A DNA stretch of 64,000 nucleotides from Betaproteobacteria bacterium (GTDB lineage: Bacteria > Pseudomonadota > Gammaproteobacteria > Burkholderiales > Usitatibacteraceae): contig JADKJR010000013.1 in assembly GCA_016720925.1 (NCBI GenBank), forward strand, positions 52,243-116,242. Reading direction: 5' to 3'. The notes below the pieces were generated by a model. The model searched no databases. It was not told the DNA's origin and worked only from the letters and a program-made list of their open reading frames with translations. Shown here one piece after another: positions 59,601-64,000 of the stretch (within the stretch, counting starts at the first letter, position 1; every line of letters starts with the position of its first letter). The translations under genes were made by a program, and so were the position numbers.

Positions 59601-61344
59601 CAGTCAGCACCGGTTGCGCGACTTCCAACCACTGGCCAGGGTCCGTGTGATGAATATCCAGCAAATTGGGTCGTGGGCCAATTGTGATTGCCGTCGACAT
59701 CACCAATTCCTCGCGGATCGGATCGATCGGTGGATTGGTCACCTGCGCAAAAAGCTGTTTGAAGTAGTGATAAAGATTGCGCGGCTTGTCCGACATGACT
59801 GCCAGCGGTGAATCGTTTCCCATCGAGCCGGTGGCTTCGATGCCGGCGGTAGCCATGTTGGTGAGGACGATTTTCAGGTCCTCTTGCGTGTAACCGAACG
59901 CCTGTTGCAAATCGAGCAGCGCCACGGGAGACTTCTCGGCCGGCGCGGGTTCAGGCAAGTCGTCCAGGCGAATTCGCGCTTGTGCAACCCATTCCCGATA
60001 GGGTTTTGCGGTTGCCAATTCCCGTTTCAGTTGTTCGTCAGCAACAATGCAACCCTTTTCAAGGTCGACCAGGAACATCTTGCCAGGTTGCAAACGCCAT
60101 TTTTTGACGATTTTTGATTCTGGAAAATCGAGTACACCGGCTTCTGACGCCAGCACGACAATATCGTCATCGGTGAGGATGTATCGTGCGGGGCGCAAGC
60201 CATTGCGATCCAGCGTTGCACCGATCTGGCGGCCATCGGTGAAGGCCATCGCCGCCGGGCCGTCCCAAGCCTCCATGAGCGTCGCATGATATTCATAAAA
60301 TGCGCGACGATCCTCGTCCATTAACTTGTGACCGCTCCATGCTTCCGGAATCATCATCATCATCGCGTGGGCCAGGGAATAGCCGCCCATCACCAGCATT
60401 TCCAGGCAATTGTCGAAGCTGGCCGAATCTGATTGGCCGTCGTAAATCAACGGCCAGATCTTCTTGAGATCCTCCTTCAATACCGGCGATGCAATGGATT
60501 TTTGCCGGGCGCGAATCCAGTTCACGTTGCCACGCAGCGTGTTGATCTCGCCGTTATGCGCAACCATTCGAAACGGGTGCGCGAGGTCCCACGTTGGAAA
60601 AGTATTGGTCGAAAAACGCTGATGCACCAGCGCCAATGCCGTCATCATTGTCGGATCCTGCAGGTCAACAAAGTACCGACCGACCTGGTCCGCCAGCAGC
60701 ATGCCTTTGTAGACAATCGTGCGCGACGAAAACGACGGCACATAGAATTCTTTGCCATGGCGCAGACTCAGCGCCTGAATGGCGTGACCCGAACGTTTCC
60801 GGATGATATAGAGCTTGCGCTCCAGATCGTCCTGGCTCATTTCGCTGGATCCGCGCGCGACGAATACCTGGCGAATCAAGGGCTCAACCGCGATCGTTGC
60901 GGGAGACAGACCATGATTGTCTGTGGGTACGTCGCGCCACCCCAACAGGATTTGGCGTTCCGCATGAATGGCCCGCACAATTTCCTGTTCGCAAGCCATC
61001 CGTGAAGCGGGTTCCCTTGGCAGGAATACCATGCCAACGCCGTATTGACCGATCGCGGGCAATGTCATTCCCTGCTTGCCACATACGCGACGAAGATGCT
61101 GATCAGGAAGCTGGATCAGAATACCCGCGCCGTCTCCAAGCAACGGGTCATAGCCGGTCGCACCGCGATGCGACAGGTTTTCCAGGATCTTGAGCCCTTG
61201 CGTAACCAGCGAATGGGAGCGCTTTCCTTTAATATTGGCCACAAACCCGACGCCACAAGCATCATGTTCCTGACTGGGGTCATATAATCCCTGCGCAACG
61301 GGCGCAGGCGAGGCTAGCAAGGCACTGGCGACGACTTCTGACAT
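56686..61344 (-). CDS. gltB: glutamate synthase large (alpha) subunit
   Basis: N-terminal amidotransferase Cys in ...[20 protein letters not shown]... FMN and 3Fe-4S regions. About 1552 aa from the ATG at 61344 (alternative 61383). The remaining 5' part of ORF 56686..61857 looks non-coding. Confidence 0.93.
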   Translation of the reverse strand: MSEVVASALLASPAPVAQGLYDPSQEHDACGVGFVANIKGKRSHSLVTQGLKILENLSHRGATGYDPLLGDGAGILIQLPDQHLRRVCGKQGMTLPAIGQYGVGMVFLPREPASRMACEQEIVRAIHAERQILLGWRDVPTDNHGLSPATIAVEPLIRQVFVARGSSEMSQDDLERKLYIIRKRSGHAIQALSLRHGKEFYVPSFSSRTIVYKGMLLADQVGRYFVDLQDPTMMTALALVHQRFSTNTFPTWDLAHPFRMVAHNGEINTLRGNVNWIRARQKSIASPVLKEDLKKIWPLIYDGQSDSASFDNCLEMLVMGGYSLAHAMMMMIPEAWSGHKLMDEDRRAFYEYHATLMEAWDGPAAMAFTDGRQIGATLDRNGLRPARYILTDDDIVVLASEAGVLDFPESKIVKKWRLQPGKMFLVDLEKGCIVADEQLKRELATAKPYREWVAQARIRLDDLPEPAPAEKSPVALLDLQQAFGYTQEDLKIVLTNMATAGIEATGSMGNDSPLAVMSDKPRNLYHYFKQLFAQVTNPPIDPIREELVMSTAITIGPRPNLLDIHHTDPGQWLEVAQPVLTAEDMEKIRHIDMFTGNHFRSHELDITYPATWGPEGIEAAVASLCAHAEDALRLGYNILIVTDRKVDTNNVAIPALLAVGAVHQHLVRKGLRTSTGLVVETGSAREVHHFAMLGGYGAAAVHPYLALETLHNMREYLPGVDPKEAEQKYIKAISKGLLKVMSKMGISTYQSYCGAQIFEAVGLSKEFVNKYFTGTATNVEGIGIFEIAEEAMRLHQKAFGDDPVLRTQLDAGGEHAYRVRGEEHMWTPDVIAKLQHSTRANSYSTYKEYAKLINDQTRRHMTLRGLFEIKSVGAPVPIEEIEPAKEIVKRFATGAMSLGSISTEAHATLAVAMNRIGGKSNTGEGGEDPRRFIPVLKAGETMKSKLGDAVETDIRLLPGDSMRSRIKQVASARFGVTAEYLNSADQIQIKMAQGAKPGEGGQLPGHKVSEYIGKLRFATPGVELISPPPHHDIYSIEDLAQLIHDLKNCNSQASISVKLVSEVGVGTVAAGVAKAKADHVTIAGHDGGTGASPVSSIKHAGTPGELGLAETQQTLVLNRLRGRIAVQVDGQMKTGRDVIIGALLGADEFGFATAPLVVEGCIMMRKCHLNTCPVGVATQDPVLRKKFSGQPEHVVNFFFFVAEEVRELMASMGIRKFDDLIGRADLLETRKGISHWKAKGLDFSRIFHLPDMPNDVARRHCETQDHGLTGALDNMLIERAKPALEKREKVAIEATIRNLNRTVGAMLSGEVARRFGNEGLPQGTITIKLTGTAGQSFGAFLARGITLELTGQANDYVGKGMSGGHIIVKPLAEFRGDPMENIIVGNTVMYGATAGESYFRGVAGERFCVRNSGASAVVEGTGDHACEYMTGGTVVVLGPTGRNFAAGMSGGVAYVQDEDGSFRNRCNLAMVELEQITDAVTSGSHLGKSDSALLKSLIENHATYTGSQRAVDMLGNWPKWSRTFVKVMPTEYRRALKQLAEKNIAALKKKAA

Positions 61345-61738
61345 GCGAAGATACTCCGGGGAAAACGTGGTAACAAAATGCATTGCTATATCTTCGCGCG
61401 GAATGGTCGCGCGGAAAAGCAATATGGCAGGGTGATGATTGTTACCGGGAATGTCGGGTTTTTGGCCCCGCAGTTTTTCGACGGACGGGACGCTCGGTAA
61501 AGCCACCCAACACGCTGATACAGAAAGACTATTCCTGGAAGACTTCATGATAGCGCCGCTTATTGCGCGCCGCAACAAATTTGTCTCGAATGGAATAAAC
61601 CTGCAACAGCGGTAGCGCGCATTGCGCCATGCGAGGATAATGGAGCGTCCGCGTTGCTTTGATAGAATTCCAATGATGGCAAGCACTTTTGTCACATTGT
61701 TGCCGTGAAGCCTTAACACCAGAAAGGATGTTTTCGTG

Positions 61739-63076
61739 ATGATGAAAAGGTCGATTGGGCGGGTCGCAATGCTTCTGCTTTCCGCATTGCTGGTGGCACT
61801 GCTAAGCTCCTGCGGCAGTGGTGCAGTGACAGGGACCGATCCCTCCGCCGGATCCACGCTTGCCGTGTTTCCGGGCGCAGCCGATGCATTTGCAGATATC
61901 CCATTAACATTGACGATCAGCGGCGGGCAATCGCCCTATTCCGTTTTCTCCAGCAATACCGTGGCGCTGCCTGTGACCACCGTGGCATCGGGGATTTCTG
62001 GCACCAACCCCTCGTTCAGCCTCGTTCCCACTAGCGTCAATGGAGACACCCCGGTCGACGTCACAATCAAGGATGGTCTCGCGAAATCGGTGATCGCAAA
62101 AGTCAACGTGCATCCATCCACGCTGAACAATCAGGTAACTTTTACGCCTCTTGGCCCGACCGGCACGGGATGTGGTACGGGACTCTGCAGTGGCGGCGAT
62201 GCGCAGGTGGTCGTGAAGGCGGTACTGAATGGTTTGGTATTGCGCTCACGCGCCATTCGTTTCGACGTATACCAGGGCGGCTTTCAATTGGTCACGCCGG
62301 GAACCGGTGTGTTGGTCAGTTCATTGGTCATTAACACAGACGAGCAGGGCGAGGCCGTCGTGCGTCTTCTCGCCAATACCTCCGTTCCGACGCAGGTGGC
62401 TACACTACAATCAACCGATGTCAGTACCGGCCTTGCCCGGCGCTACAACTTCAACATCATTCAGACGACTTCAGGCGCCGGAATTCTGTCAACCTTGCCT
62501 AGCGGCACCATTACGATCAAGGGGGCAAAAGGTGGTACGGGCCAGGACGGTTTCTGTCCAAATGCGCATGTCGATTTCTACGTATACGGCGGGTCACCGC
62601 CTTATGCTGTCGCTTCTCCTTTGCCCGGCGTGGCGTCCCCGACTACCGCGACCGTCGCAACGACAGGCGGCGTCTTCGGCGTGCTGGTGACCAGTTGCGG
62701 AAAAGTTTCGATGATCGTCACAGATTCAAGGGGTTTGACGATCGAGACGGCTGCAATTGACTCCCAGCAGGGTGATAAAGGTGACGCGGCGACAGCCACA
62801 ACACTTACGATCGCACCCACTACCGCAAGCGTGGGCTGCGGGCAATCCGCCTCGATCAATCTGGTGGGTTCCGGCAGTTTCACGACGCAGATCGTGACTG
62901 CGGGGGTGGATACCACCAAATTCATCGTCTCACCAACCGCGGGCGCGATTCCTTCGACCATCACTTTTTCGCGCTCCTCCACGGCAAATACACAGCCCAC
63001 CTCAATTGTTGTTAATGTCGTTGCGGGCGCGACCGTGACGCCGGTGACCATCGCGACCCCGGCTACTTGCCCGTGA
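61739..63076 (+). CDS. lipoprotein with repeated Ig-like (GGxxPY) domains
   Basis: Lipobox LLSSCGSG. Repeated beta-rich, Thr/Val/Gly-rich modules with [10 protein letters not shown] and YGGSPPYAV motifs (He_PIG/Big-like). AAAGGA RBS. Confidence 0.65.
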   Translation: MMKRSIGRVAMLLLSALLVALLSSCGSGAVTGTDPSAGSTLAVFPGAADAFADIPLTLTISGGQSPYSVFSSNTVALPVTTVASGISGTNPSFSLVPTSVNGDTPVDVTIKDGLAKSVIAKVNVHPSTLNNQVTFTPLGPTGTGCGTGLCSGGDAQVVVKAVLNGLVLRSRAIRFDVYQGGFQLVTPGTGVLVSSLVINTDEQGEAVVRLLANTSVPTQVATLQSTDVSTGLARRYNFNIIQTTSGAGILSTLPSGTITIKGAKGGTGQDGFCPNAHVDFYVYGGSPPYAVASPLPGVASPTTATVATTGGVFGVLVTSCGKVSMIVTDSRGLTIETAAIDSQQGDKGDAATATTLTIAPTTASVGCGQSASINLVGSGSFTTQIVTAGVDTTKFIVSPTAGAIPSTITFSRSSTANTQPTSIVVNVVAGATVTPVTIATPATCP

Positions 63077-63331
63077 AGTACTTAGCAATCATATAGTTAG
63101 TGGGGATTTCATTTCATACGGCCGCGTTGTGTGCAAGCCATCGCAGCAACGGCATGGCCATTAGTTGTCATGGCAAGAAAAAGACTTGCATCAAACTGCA
63201 AGTTGCGCTTTAATAAAGCGAGGTAAGGCCATAATTTTTAAGTAAACTGGCTAAATTGGGACTGAAAAGTCCTGACCAAGAACTGAAGACATGAGGACAT
63301 CATCGTGACGACAACTAATTACTTCGGCAAT

Positions 63332-64000
63332 ATGAGCACTCTGGCGAAGCGGGGTGCAGTTGCCGCGCTGTTCGGTTCGATGACCGCCATACTGGTGTCA
63401 TGCGGCGGAAGTGGCACAACCGGCGGAAATCCGTTGACCAACGGTACGCTCGCCATCCTGCCCAAGTACTGGTTCCTTTACGCTAATACCCCGACAACGA
63501 TTAATATTGCGGGCGGCATGGACCCTACTTCGTGACATCAAACGAGCAAACCGTGCTGCCATTGAACTTCACACTCAATGGCAACTCCTTTACCGCCGTG
63601 CCGAATCAAATAGGGGTATACGGTACGCTCACGACGGAAAACCAGTCTGAGGTCGGCGCGACCGCATTTAGGATCGTCACCGTCACGGCACGCGATTCAA
63701 CCGGCAAGGAAACTACCGCCACTTATAACGTTTTGCAGAGCTTTCTGACCGGCTACGGTCTATCAATACAAACGGCGGCCAGCTGTTCTGCTTCTGGTGA
63801 GGACTCGTTAATTTCGTTGGTCCCATAATTCCAACGGCCTGCGATACCCAGAATAAACAAATGCGCCTTACCGCGAACTTTGGGCCTTTCGCATTCATTC
63901 TAGATAGCACAGGCATTACCGGCCCCACGCTAACAGGCGTTTCTGACTCAGCCGGTGGCGTAACTGCGCGCATCCGTGTGACACCCAACGCGGCGACCCA
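63332..64000 (+). pseudogene. paralogous Ig-like lipoprotein, two apparent frameshifts, truncated by window end
   Basis: Lipobox AILVSCGGSG. IAGGMDP|YFVTSNEQTVLPL aligns to [20 protein letters not shown] of the upstream gene only after a 1-nt shift at the CCC run (63523-63525). A second shift between 63801 and 63826 is needed to continue into the open frame ...LTANFGPFAFILDSTGITGPTLTGVSDSAGGVTARIRVTPNAAT, which runs off the window. Confidence 0.5.

Noticed and set aside
61345-61857. 5' extension of the gltB ORF, which adds 171 aa before [10 protein letters not shown]...
   Set aside because: The extension has no similarity to the GltB N-terminus, where the catalytic Cys follows soon after the start. 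Its composition is not protein-like. The ATG at 61344 has a GGAG upstream and places the CGVGF motif at the usual distance.
1-64000. Mobile elements, prophage, CRISPR arrays, tRNA/rRNA genes and classical defence or toxin-antitoxin modules
   Set aside because: I saw no transposase, integrase or phage-like ORFs, no regularly spaced direct repeats and no cloverleaf-like intergenic sequences. The only repeated DNA is the ~70-bp palindromic family reported above. A covariance-model scan would still be needed to exclude small RNAs.

Overview
High-GC (about 60%) proteobacterial chromosomal segment. The gene order SDR-dsbA-SPOR-argS-priA-hemE-gltD-gltB at 47-61 kb looks betaproteobacterial, but that is inference from memory. 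The right third is a conserved housekeeping block. The left two thirds is accessory: redox, sulfur, signalling and efflux genes. I found no rRNA, tRNA, CRISPR array, transposase, integrase or phage genes.

Main observations:
1. A co-directional six-gene operon at 11.7-17.4 kb. It joins an OTR-family octaheme cytochrome c to a cytochrome b, a monoheme cytochrome c, a YeeE/YedE sulfur transporter, an exported triple rhodanese and an exported DsrE-like protein. This is my best candidate for an undescribed periplasmic sulfur-relay/respiratory module.
2. A family of about 70-bp imperfect-palindrome extragenic repeats: 6 full copies plus 1 partial copy that supplies the hemE stop codon.
3. A C30 homopolymer with a complementary G-run in a convergent intergenic region.
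4. A second lipoprotein-type octaheme cytochrome, split by a frameshift.
5. Two paralogous tandem cNMP-binding proteins bracketing an RND efflux locus. The second is followed by a eukaryote-like LRR protein.
6. An HD-GYP / FIST / hybrid histidine kinase operon.

Five apparent frameshifts all fall in accessory genes. Two of them (cytochrome, lipoprotein paralog) sit at short homopolymer runs. They may be real pseudogenes or indel sequencing errors, and I cannot tell which from one sequence. All family names come from motif recognition by eye. No database search was run.
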